From a virus, in the IMG/VR virus record IMGVR_UViG_3300025030_000081, positions 11,883 through 75,882 of that record: a DNA stretch of 64,000 bases. The stretch is one strand, 5' to 3'. Under the pieces are notes generated by a model. That model saw only the letters and a list, made by a program, of their open reading frames with translations, was not told the DNA's origin and did not search any database. Position 1 is the stretch's first letter, and the number at the start of each line of letters is the position of its first letter. A program made the translations under genes and the position numbers. Of the stretch, positions 53,620 to 62,124 are shown piece by piece.

Positions 53620-55146
53620 ATGCAAACTTACAATAATCCCGCAGGAGGGGTCGAGTCGGATATCGGTACCCAGATCCGTACCGACAATTTCATCAAGACC
53701 GCGCTGATCGAGGTCAAGAAAGAAGTCTTCTTCGGCGCGCTGGCCGACGTCACCGCCATGCCGAAGAACATGGGCAAGAAGATCAAGCGCTACCAGTACG
53801 TTCCTCTCTTGGACGACGCGAACATCAACGACCAGGGCATCGACGCCAACGGCCTGGTCGCCAACAAGGAAGTCACCATCGTCGTGAGGATGGCCGACGG
53901 TTCCATCCCGAACATCCAGAACTCCCACGGCGTCCCGATCGGCAACAAGGTCTACTTCGTCGGCTCCGGAGCCAATGCTGCGGCCGCTGAAGACGCCGCC
54001 ATCCTGTCGGTGATCACCTGGATGCAGCAGCTGGTGGTTGCAGGCGGTCTCGGTCTGACTCTGGTTGGCGCTACCGACGACCTCAAATTCGCAAACGGCG
54101 TCAACTCCGTGGACGGCCAGGCATACGCCAAAGGCTTCCGCTTCTCCCAGCCTGACGGCACCGCCATTCAGGCAGCTGCCGGCGCTCTGGAAGCACAGGC
54201 TGTCATGTCTGCCGGTAACCTGTACGGCTCCAGCAAGGACGTCGGAACCATCGCCGGCAAGATGCCGGTCCTCTCCGAGACGGGCGGCCGGGTCAACAGG
54301 GTTGGCTTCACCCGCGTCGAGCTGGAGGGCACCCTGGAGAAGTACGGTTTCTTCGAGGAGTACACCCAGGAATCCCTGGACTTCGATTCCGACGCGGAAC
54401 TCGAGATGCACATCAACCGGGAGATGGTGTTCGGCGCGAACGAGATCACCGAAGACCTCCTGCAGATCGACCTGCTCAACTCGGCCGGTGTCGTCTTCTA
54501 CGCAGGCATCGCCACGGCGAACTCCGGGATCACCGGTGTCGCTGCCGACACGGTGAGTGAAGTCGCCTACGGTGACCTCTCCCGCCTGTCCGTCGAGCTG
54601 GACAACAACCGCTGCCCGAAGACCACCAAGATCATCTCCGGTTCCCGGATGGTCGACACCCGCGTCATCCGCGGTGGCAGGGTGATGTACATCGGTTCGG
54701 AGCTGACCGAGACTGTCGAGCGCATGGTCGACTACTTCAGCAACCAGGCATTCGTCGGTGTTCAGCACTACGCCGATGCCGGCACGATCATCAACGGCGA
54801 GATCGGTACCGTCGGTCCCTTCCGGATCGTGGTTGTTCCGGAGATGATGCACTGGGCCGGGGCCGGTGCGGCTGAAGGCGTCAACGCCGGCTACCGCGCA
54901 ACCGGTGGCAACTACGACATCTTCCCGATGCTCGTGGTAGGCGACGGCTCCTTCACCACCATCGGTTTCCAGACCAGTGGCAACTCGGTCAAGTTCAACA
55001 TCAAGCATTCCAAACCCGGCTCCCCGGAGTCGTATGCCAGCGACCCCTACGGCGAGACCGGCTTCATGTCGATCAAGTGGTACTATGGATTCATGGCGTT
55101 GCGTCCCGAGCGCATCGCCCTTATCAAGACTGTCGCCCGCATCTAG
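53620..55146 (+). CDS. Major capsid protein (N4 gp56-like) with ~115-aa insertion
   Basis: MPKNMGKKIK..YVPLLDD.N.NDQGIDA, GNLYGSSKD, GGRVNRVGF, DPYGETGF.SIKWYYG. Confidence 0.95.
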   Translation: MQTYNNPAGGVESDIGTQIRTDNFIKTALIEVKKEVFFGALADVTAMPKNMGKKIKRYQYVPLLDDANINDQGIDANGLVANKEVTIVVRMADGSIPNIQNSHGVPIGNKVYFVGSGANAAAAEDAAILSVITWMQQLVVAGGLGLTLVGATDDLKFANGVNSVDGQAYAKGFRFSQPDGTAIQAAAGALEAQAVMSAGNLYGSSKDVGTIAGKMPVLSETGGRVNRVGFTRVELEGTLEKYGFFEEYTQESLDFDSDAELEMHINREMVFGANEITEDLLQIDLLNSAGVVFYAGIATANSGITGVAADTVSEVAYGDLSRLSVELDNNRCPKTTKIISGSRMVDTRVIRGGRVMYIGSELTETVERMVDYFSNQAFVGVQHYADAGTIINGEIGTVGPFRIVVVPEMMHWAGAGAAEGVNAGYRATGGNYDIFPMLVVGDGSFTTIGFQTSGNSVKFNIKHSKPGSPESYASDPYGETGFMSIKWYYGFMALRPERIALIKTVARI

Positions 55147-55163
55147 TCCACAGTCATCATCCG

Positions 55164-55195
55164 GTAGCCCCCTGATGCTAGGGGGCTACTTTGTT
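55164..55195 (+). terminator. Intrinsic terminator after MCP
   Basis: GTAGCCCCCT-gatgct-AGGGGGCTAC-TTTGTT. Confidence 0.85.
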
Positions 55196-55211
55196 ATGCA
55201 AAGGAGAAGTC

Positions 55212-55454
55212 ATGCACTACAGAAACGGACGTGAAGCGAAGAACGGTGACAAGATCGTGAAGCTGGAAGCGGGAAAGGTTGTTTCTTTCGGCGTGCTGCA
55301 CAGCGCGACCCCCGGCAACGACTACTGCAACGGCCACATTGCGGTCGTGCAACCGGCAAATGACTACGCCTGCATGTGCGACTGCCTCCACGTTGATGAC
55401 GTGGCGGAGCTTCTGGCAGTTCAGGGTTTGGACAAACGCCCCGAGGGGAAGTAA
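55212..55454 (+). CDS. 80-aa Cys/His-containing protein inserted in the structural cluster
   Basis: AAGGAG RBS; MHYRNGREAKNGD...YCNG...CDCLHVDD. Confidence 0.7.
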   Translation: MHYRNGREAKNGDKIVKLEAGKVVSFGVLHSATPGNDYCNGHIAVVQPANDYACMCDCLHVDDVAELLAVQGLDKRPEGK

Positions 55455-55542
55455 TAGAAACAGTTGCTTAATCATTCAATAGCAGGTATCTTCCGGGTAA
55501 CTACAACAGTCGTCCGACACTCATAAGGACAAGGAGAATGCA

Positions 55543-56196
55543 ATGAGCTTGCAAGATGAACTCAGTCAGGAAACCGAAGGCAAAGATGAAAGCCCTGGTG
55601 CAGCGGAACCGATGGATGAGATGTCCCTGCTGAAGCAGCGCGCCGACATGATGGGCATCAAGTACAGCCCGAACATCGGCATTGACAAACTCAAAGCCAA
55701 GATCGAAGAAAAGAAGTCAGCGCCGGTTGCCACCACGGATCCCAGCCAGATGGCCGAAGAGCTGGAAACCATCAACGCCGCGGCCGAGGTAGCTGGCGGC
55801 GACGTGTTCACCCCGGGGCTCAGGGAAACGCCGGCCCAGCTGAACATGAAGCGGCGCCAGCAGGCGCTGCGTCTGGTCCGCATCCGGGTGACCAACATGA
55901 ACCCGCTGAAGGGCAACCTCAAGGGCGAGATCTTCTCGGTCGGCAACTCGCAGATCGGTTTCATCAAGAAGTTCGTGCCGTACAATGCCGAAGCCGGCTG
56001 GCATGTGCCGCAGATCATCCTGACCCACATGCAGGAAAAGAAGTACATGACCCACTTCGAGGTCAAGGTCGGCAACAAGAAGATCAAAAAGCACCGCCTG
56101 GTTCCGGAACTGGCAATCGAGATCCTGCCGCCGCTGACCGCGGCTGAACTGCAGGAGCTCAAACAGCGTCAGCTCATGGCGTCGGGCGGCCAGTAA
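55543..56196 (+). CDS. N4 gp55-like protein
   Basis: LK.RAD.MGI.YS.NIG..KL, LVRIRVTNMNP.K, LPPLT..EL..L. Confidence 0.85.
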   Translation: MSLQDELSQETEGKDESPGAAEPMDEMSLLKQRADMMGIKYSPNIGIDKLKAKIEEKKSAPVATTDPSQMAEELETINAAAEVAGGDVFTPGLRETPAQLNMKRRQQALRLVRIRVTNMNPLKGNLKGEIFSVGNSQIGFIKKFVPYNAEAGWHVPQIILTHMQEKKYMTHFEVKVGNKKIKKHRLVPELAIEILPPLTAAELQELKQRQLMASGGQ

Positions 56197-56221
56197 CAAT
56201 TAACTTTCAGGAGAGCTGATA

Positions 56222-56677
56222 ATGTCATTGCGTTTGCAGGCAGTGGATTTAAGTCTTGCAGGATGGACACCGACAACGCTTCAGGCGGACAATGCCGCGG
56301 GCAATGTGGATGAGATGGTTAAAAGTCTCGGCACGCCGCTGACCAGTCTGACGTCTGAAACGCTGAGCGGCACCGGTGCATTCGACGTGCTGATGCGTAC
56401 TACCAAGCTGCATCTTAAAGCCGAGTATGACGCTCAGCGCATTACCGGTGCCGAATACGCTACGGTCTACCTGGGAGCCTTGACCGCTGTACTGCAAACG
56501 TCCATCCAGTTCCTGCTCAACGAGCAGCAGGCGTACAGGCTGGCCGCCGAGATCGGTTTGATCCGCCAGCAGACGGTAACTGAACTAACCAACACGGAGG
56601 ATAACATCCCGGTCGGGCTTGGATTCAACCACGTCCCGGTCAGTCCTGTTACCATCCCCCCTGTGAGCCAAGGATAA
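56222..56677 (+). CDS. N4 gp54-like protein, N-terminal part
   Basis: G.G.FD.LM...K.HL..EY...RI.G.EYA.VYLG. Confidence 0.75.
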   Translation: MSLRLQAVDLSLAGWTPTTLQADNAAGNVDEMVKSLGTPLTSLTSETLSGTGAFDVLMRTTKLHLKAEYDAQRITGAEYATVYLGALTAVLQTSIQFLLNEQQAYRLAAEIGLIRQQTVTELTNTEDNIPVGLGFNHVPVSPVTIPPVSQG

Positions 56678-56680
56678 CCC

Positions 56681-57463
56681 ATGTCTATCGAGCCAGGAAC
56701 CACATCGTTATGTTATGACCCCTTAGCGCCGTACACTGCCCCTGTAGGGCGTCTGCCTGTGCTGGGTAAGGTAAGGGCCGAGATTGACCAGATACGGGCT
56801 GCAATCGCCAACGACACGGCCAGAACAGCCAACGAGGTGCTCAAGATCGCTGCCGAAGTTGCAGCCCTTGAAGTCGAAAAAGACAAGGTTGCCGCGGAGG
56901 TTTTGAGAATCGGCGCGGAGAAGCTGAGGATTGACGCCGAGATTCTGGCTCTCGGAGTGGAACGGGAAAAACTCCTGGTGGAGAAAGACAGGATCTCGGC
57001 TGAGATCCTGCTCATGGGCGTCCAGTCCAGCAAGGTTGCCGCTGAAAAGCTGGCGATTGAAGCCAACGTCATCAACGAGAACACCCGTACCATCAACGAC
57101 ACCACCCGAGCAACCAACGAGGTGAACAGGACGGTCGGCGAGCTGCAGGAGCTGGTCAACAAGACAGCGGCTGAGGTCGGCTTACTGGATCAGAAAAAGC
57201 AGACTGAGCTGGCCCAGGTGTCTGACACCGTGAGCACCGGCAGCGTGGCCGGTATCGTCGGCAAGCAGAAGACGCTGTTCCAGAAGCAGGCGGCCGGTTT
57301 CGATCGGGATGCCGAACAGAAGCTGGCAAAGATCATGGTCGATGCCTGGTCGGTAACAGCAACGGTCGCCGGCGAAGCTGACCCGGCTACGGCCGGTTTG
57401 GACAACACCTCCATAGCCTCGGTAATGACCCTGGCCAAAGCGGGAATTACTCCCCCACCATAA
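56681..57463 (+). CDS. N4 gp54-like protein, C-terminal part with heptad repeats
   Basis: GIVGKQK.L...Q..GF.RDAEQK.AK..D.W; AE..-type repeats. Confidence 0.75.
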   Translation: MSIEPGTTSLCYDPLAPYTAPVGRLPVLGKVRAEIDQIRAAIANDTARTANEVLKIAAEVAALEVEKDKVAAEVLRIGAEKLRIDAEILALGVEREKLLVEKDRISAEILLMGVQSSKVAAEKLAIEANVINENTRTINDTTRATNEVNRTVGELQELVNKTAAEVGLLDQKKQTELAQVSDTVSTGSVAGIVGKQKTLFQKQAAGFDRDAEQKLAKIMVDAWSVTATVAGEADPATAGLDNTSIASVMTLAKAGITPPP

Positions 57464-57472
57464 GGATGATGC

Positions 57473-59761
57473 ATGGGTCTATTCAGTAGCAAGAAAGTCA
57501 TATCTGTTTCTGCTGTAACCCTGCCTCTTGTGGAAGCCCCTAAGAAGCCGTATGTCGTGACCGTGGCAGGCGCCGTTTACCGCAGAGAAGACGTGACATC
57601 AGCTATCCTGAATATGATCCACAGCAATCCTGCTGCCCGTATCCCTGGTGTTCACGCCTACGCCAGGGATCACTATACGCTGGGCCTGCCTCAGGGCAAA
57701 GCGCTGAACTACAGCAACATCAACCTCGATCGGATCGACGAGGTCCTGCTGAGCGCGTTAGGTGGCAGTCCCCCGCTAAAGGCAGTGGGCGCCGCTTACA
57801 TGACCATCTCACCCACCATCGCAGCCTACCCGCACCTATATAATGTCCGTCAATACGACCGCATGACTAACCTGATCGCGGTGCCTCCGGTCGACCTGGT
57901 TTGGGTGCAACCACCGGAACCCGGCAGTATCGATGTCGCCTCCGCCAATAAGGAGATCCGCCTGAAATCGGTGGCGGTCGCCTTAGACGGCGTGAGCCTG
58001 GATATCACGTACGGCCTGTTTCTGGAACAGCCCGTGATCAACTATGATGATTTCAGCTATGGGGGCGTAATATCCATGCAGTATGTGGAGGAGCCCTATA
58101 GCTATATCGAGAATATCTCGTTACCCGAGGCACCCACGATAACCTGGGGCGAGGAGTACCTGGTAGCTTTCTACAATGAGCTGGCCGGGGACGGCGTCAC
58201 CCCGATCAGTGGCGACAAACCCTGGCTGTACCGGGTGAGTTCAAATGTGTATCCGGACCTCCGTTCAACGGAGGTGCCGACAGCTCTGGACTATTTTCCC
58301 GTCATACCGCTGCGCTACAATAATAAAGACCTGATGGGTACCGCTTATGAAAGTACCCCACTCTATACAACCAGCCGGGAATTGGCCAGAAGAATGAATC
58401 TTGACTTGGATGCGCTCTCCGGGAAACTAAACTCGAACGAGAGTATAGCCGACATAGACCATGCCTATGTCATGTATGGCATCAACGTAAGAACAGAAGT
58501 CCCCGCCAGTCTAAAGTACCTGCACAAATTTTTTGAGCAGTTGTATGAAACACAGTACACCGATCAACTGGAATACCTGAGCAAGGTCGGTACGCCCCTC
58601 TACGGACTGTCCGCCGTGAATTCCTTATTGGCCGGCACTGAGACAGGCACCTTTGAAGAGAACGGTTTAAGCGTTTTCCTCGACTATGACTATATAACCT
58701 CCACCACAGGTTTCGGCGTAATTGGCAACAACAGAACTGGCAATATTGAGAAAGAGCTAGTTGAGTACACAGAGAATGTTTCGCAAGGATTGTATCAGGC
58801 TGTTATCCCACAAGTGAAAGGCGCGATGTTATTGAAGCTCCAGGTGGCTCCGAACGTGGTGCACACGATAGGGGTTTATGGTTTAGAGCACCGGAACCTT
58901 ATCTATAAAGGTAAGTCCGAGTACACTTCGATGCTCGATGTCATGCGCAATCCAGATGAAAACAATCTGGTGATCCCACTCCAGTTTCAACTGGTCCAGG
59001 CGCTGACTTTGCAATTGCGCACGGAACTGTATTCGGATGCCATGCTGATGATCATCAATGCGTACCAGGTGACCAAGCTGAAATGGTACCAGAGCTCCTG
59101 GTTTAAAGTCATCTTGGTCATCGTCGCCGTCATCCTGATCGTCATATCATTCATATACGGCCAGGCATGGGTAGCTGCGCTCGTTGCAAAAGGTTATGCA
59201 GCCATCACGGCCGTGACTATAGTACTTGCCCATATTGTAGGGATCTCCATGATTGTATCGGCAGCCGCCAAGTACCTGGTGAACCAGTTCGGAGCGAAGT
59301 GGGGAGTCATCGGTACGGTCATCCTGATGGTGGTGGCTGCCGTACTGTCTCAGGGTAGGAGTCTGTTGGGATCTTTAGAGGCGTTCGCCCTGGTTACTGC
59401 CCAGACCTGCTTACAGATGTCTGCTGCGCTCATCGGGGCCACCAACGAATTCCTGATAAAGGCCGGTCAGGAGATCGTCAATGACTATGTCGATTTTCAA
59501 GCCGATCTATCGGAACGGTACGAAGAATTAAAGACTGCGGAAGACCTACTAAACAATAGTAATGATGTGAACCCTCTGCTATATATAAAGCCGGCCAGGT
59601 TCAAGATCGTGCCGAATGAGTCGCCCGATAGATTTTACAGCAGATGTCTGGAATTGCCCGCCTACACGATGTTCACGATTCATGGCCAGGTGGCCAATTA
59701 CTGTACACAGCTTTTGAAACTGCCTGAGCTGCCCGCTATCAATACATATCTGGAAACATAG
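57473..59761 (+). CDS. N4 gp53-like virion protein with C-terminal hydrophobic segments
   Basis: MGLFSSKK.I.VS start, FPVIPLR, IDHAY..G, KWYQ..WF then TM helices, ESP..F..R. Confidence 0.82.
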   Translation: MGLFSSKKVISVSAVTLPLVEAPKKPYVVTVAGAVYRREDVTSAILNMIHSNPAARIPGVHAYARDHYTLGLPQGKALNYSNINLDRIDEVLLSALGGSPPLKAVGAAYMTISPTIAAYPHLYNVRQYDRMTNLIAVPPVDLVWVQPPEPGSIDVASANKEIRLKSVAVALDGVSLDITYGLFLEQPVINYDDFSYGGVISMQYVEEPYSYIENISLPEAPTITWGEEYLVAFYNELAGDGVTPISGDKPWLYRVSSNVYPDLRSTEVPTALDYFPVIPLRYNNKDLMGTAYESTPLYTTSRELARRMNLDLDALSGKLNSNESIADIDHAYVMYGINVRTEVPASLKYLHKFFEQLYETQYTDQLEYLSKVGTPLYGLSAVNSLLAGTETGTFEENGLSVFLDYDYITSTTGFGVIGNNRTGNIEKELVEYTENVSQGLYQAVIPQVKGAMLLKLQVAPNVVHTIGVYGLEHRNLIYKGKSEYTSMLDVMRNPDENNLVIPLQFQLVQALTLQLRTELYSDAMLMIINAYQVTKLKWYQSSWFKVILVIVAVILIVISFIYGQAWVAALVAKGYAAITAVTIVLAHIVGISMIVSAAAKYLVNQFGAKWGVIGTVILMVVAAVLSQGRSLLGSLEAFALVTAQTCLQMSAALIGATNEFLIKAGQEIVNDYVDFQADLSERYEELKTAEDLLNNSNDVNPLLYIKPARFKIVPNESPDRFYSRCLELPAYTMFTIHGQVANYCTQLLKLPELPAINTYLET

Positions 59762-59771
59762 GAGGACCATC

Positions 59772-60260
59772 ATGTCGACACTGTTGCAAAGCAAAACGAG
59801 ACCCGGAATGTTAAAACCATTGGGCAGCACACCCGGTTCTGATTGGTTGACCTCATCCAGCAGCACCTCGTACGGGGATTTTACAGGAACTCCGGCCATG
59901 ACGCAACCCCTGACTCCGGCCAATGGACCTACTTTTCAGAACGCGGCGAAGCAAGGTCCCGTACTGGGTGGCGGCTGGATGGAAGGTGCCGGTCTGGGTC
60001 TCCAGGCAGCAAATGTCGGTCTGGGTATCTACAGCGCCCTGGAGCAGTCGAAAATGAACAAGTTTATGCGGGGCTACTACGGAAACGAGATGGCCAGAAA
60101 TAAAGTCGACTTCAACAACAATGTCACAAGCACCAATGCGGCCTTGGAGAAGCAGGCAAGGACCAGCGCATCACAGAACGGTTTTGCGTTCGGCAGCACT
60201 GAAAACCAGGCGGCTACCGCTGAAGCCATGAATAAATGGGGTGTGCAGAAGTTTGAATAA
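59772..60260 (+). CDS. N4 gp52-like ejection protein
   Basis: Gly-rich hydrophobic segment; size and synteny. Confidence 0.6.
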   Translation: MSTLLQSKTRPGMLKPLGSTPGSDWLTSSSSTSYGDFTGTPAMTQPLTPANGPTFQNAAKQGPVLGGGWMEGAGLGLQAANVGLGIYSALEQSKMNKFMRGYYGNEMARNKVDFNNNVTSTNAALEKQARTSASQNGFAFGSTENQAATAEAMNKWGVQKFE

Positions 60261-60269
60261 GGAGCCTAC

Positions 60270-62096
60270 ATGAGCGACGTGCTGTACAAAAAATATGGCA
60301 GTAACGATCTCAGCAACATGGGACGTGACCTGCAAGCCGGTCAGGATGCCATGACCAGGAACTTCAAGGGCGTGCTCGCTGATGTGGACGGCCTGCTGAA
60401 GACGGTGGAAAAAGGCTACGTTGAGGACAATACCCTCAAGCTGCAGGACTACCTGCGGACCAACATCAAGAGCGCCGGCTTGGGGGCTGACGCTCCGGAG
60501 ATGGATCAGATAACCAGTCAGTTCGGAAAGCTGATCGACAAGGACGTGCTGGGAAAAACCATTGCCGACACGCGAGCCAAGATGGTGGTCGATGCCACCG
60601 ATCAGGCAGGCACTGCAGCCGGCACCGACTTCAGTGAGAATGAGGATCTTGGTTCCGCAACAGGCGCCTTCAAACAGTCCCTACTCTCCCTCGGCATGAA
60701 GGACAGCGACGCCACTGCTGAGGCGACCAAGTGGCGCCAGAACAATACGTACTTGGCCGAAGACGTCGAGCTCAACAACGCGGCTCTGGTGAACGATTTT
60801 GGCGGCGAGGTTTTGAACGCGATCAAAAGCCACCAAGGGAAGGCCACTGCCGAAGAGGTCATCAATAGCCTGGCCGAAGATGTCCCGGAGAAGCTTCGTA
60901 ATAAGGCGATCATGTCTGCCAGAGACATGGTCGAACAGCGCAGCAAACTAACCACGGAACAGCAGGAAGAGCACGACTACATAAAGGGTACCGTCAATCG
61001 GAAGCTCGCCGAATTCGATTCCCAGCAGGCAGTCAAGGCTTCCTCGGCTGCCGCGGCAGTCGCAAAGTATGATTCCATCAACCCGGCTATCATGGCCAGT
61101 GCGAATAAGCTGGCTGCCGAGAATCCGGCCGGGGTAATGAAGTCAATAGCTGAAGACGCCGGCAGCTGGTTTGGCGGTCTGTTCGGGCGACTGGACGGTC
61201 AGGAAGTCACACGGGAATTGCAGCCTCAGGTGACTTCCCTGATAAAGGACTATGGAGTCCCGGCAGCGGACGCTTACGCAATCGGGCTGCAAGCTTACCA
61301 GGAGGCGAGGGCTGACGGAGGTGAAGCCTGGATCGGTAGCGGCTCAGCCATACAGTCAGAAAAATTACAGGAAAGGGTACACGAGCATTTAAGCCAGTGG
61401 TCAGCAAAGCAGGCAGCCATCCAGGCGCAGAGCGCTGTCCTGCTGGCCGGCGTGACTGAGCGGGCCCGGCTGATGAAAGCCGGTGAGGAACTCACCCACG
61501 GAATCCTCAAGGGAGAGCGCTTCTCCAACATAGACGGCAAACCATACGATTCGCAGGCGGTGTTTAAAAAGAGCCTGTTCGGTGGTGGAGGCACAACTAC
61601 GCCGCCCGTTCAAGCGGCTGACACTAAACTGAGGACAACTGCGCCGAAAACCTCCCCAACCACTAGCACTACTGTGAACAAAGTTACAGCATTAGCTGCA
61701 CAGATCAAAGCAGATAGAGAAAAAGCAGACAAGGCAAAAGCCAATTTAAAAAAGACTCCCGGCACACCAACTGAAACTCCCATTACCGGTAAACCTGTTG
61801 GTGCTACTTCGGCTAAAGGGCAGAATGCCACCAAAGAAGTAAACACTAACGGTGGGTTATTAGGGAAGTCGATTAGAAAAGCCCTCAGCCTCATCAATGG
61901 ACCGAAAGCGGCTGAAGCTGCCGGGAGTTTGGGCAAGGAAAAAGTGGATCTTGACACTTTGACTGCCATTTCAGGAATGGCTGACAAGGTCTTGAAGAGC
62001 ACAAAAGAAGGTCAAAAATTCACCTTTACATACAAAGGCAAAAGCATCACGGGGCGGAAACTCAATAACAAGCTAGTCTACGACCACATGAAGTAA
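60270..62096 (+). CDS. N4 gp51-like internal virion/ejection protein
   Basis: Ala-rich helical 608-aa protein directly upstream of vRNAP. Confidence 0.6.
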   Translation: MSDVLYKKYGSNDLSNMGRDLQAGQDAMTRNFKGVLADVDGLLKTVEKGYVEDNTLKLQDYLRTNIKSAGLGADAPEMDQITSQFGKLIDKDVLGKTIADTRAKMVVDATDQAGTAAGTDFSENEDLGSATGAFKQSLLSLGMKDSDATAEATKWRQNNTYLAEDVELNNAALVNDFGGEVLNAIKSHQGKATAEEVINSLAEDVPEKLRNKAIMSARDMVEQRSKLTTEQQEEHDYIKGTVNRKLAEFDSQQAVKASSAAAAVAKYDSINPAIMASANKLAAENPAGVMKSIAEDAGSWFGGLFGRLDGQEVTRELQPQVTSLIKDYGVPAADAYAIGLQAYQEARADGGEAWIGSGSAIQSEKLQERVHEHLSQWSAKQAAIQAQSAVLLAGVTERARLMKAGEELTHGILKGERFSNIDGKPYDSQAVFKKSLFGGGGTTTPPVQAADTKLRTTAPKTSPTTSTTVNKVTALAAQIKADREKADKAKANLKKTPGTPTETPITGKPVGATSAKGQNATKEVNTNGGLLGKSIRKALSLINGPKAAEAAGSLGKEKVDLDTLTAISGMADKVLKSTKEGQKFTFTYKGKSITGRKLNNKLVYDHMK

Positions 62097-62124
62097 CCGC
62101 AGTAATCAAAGTATAGGAGTCAAT

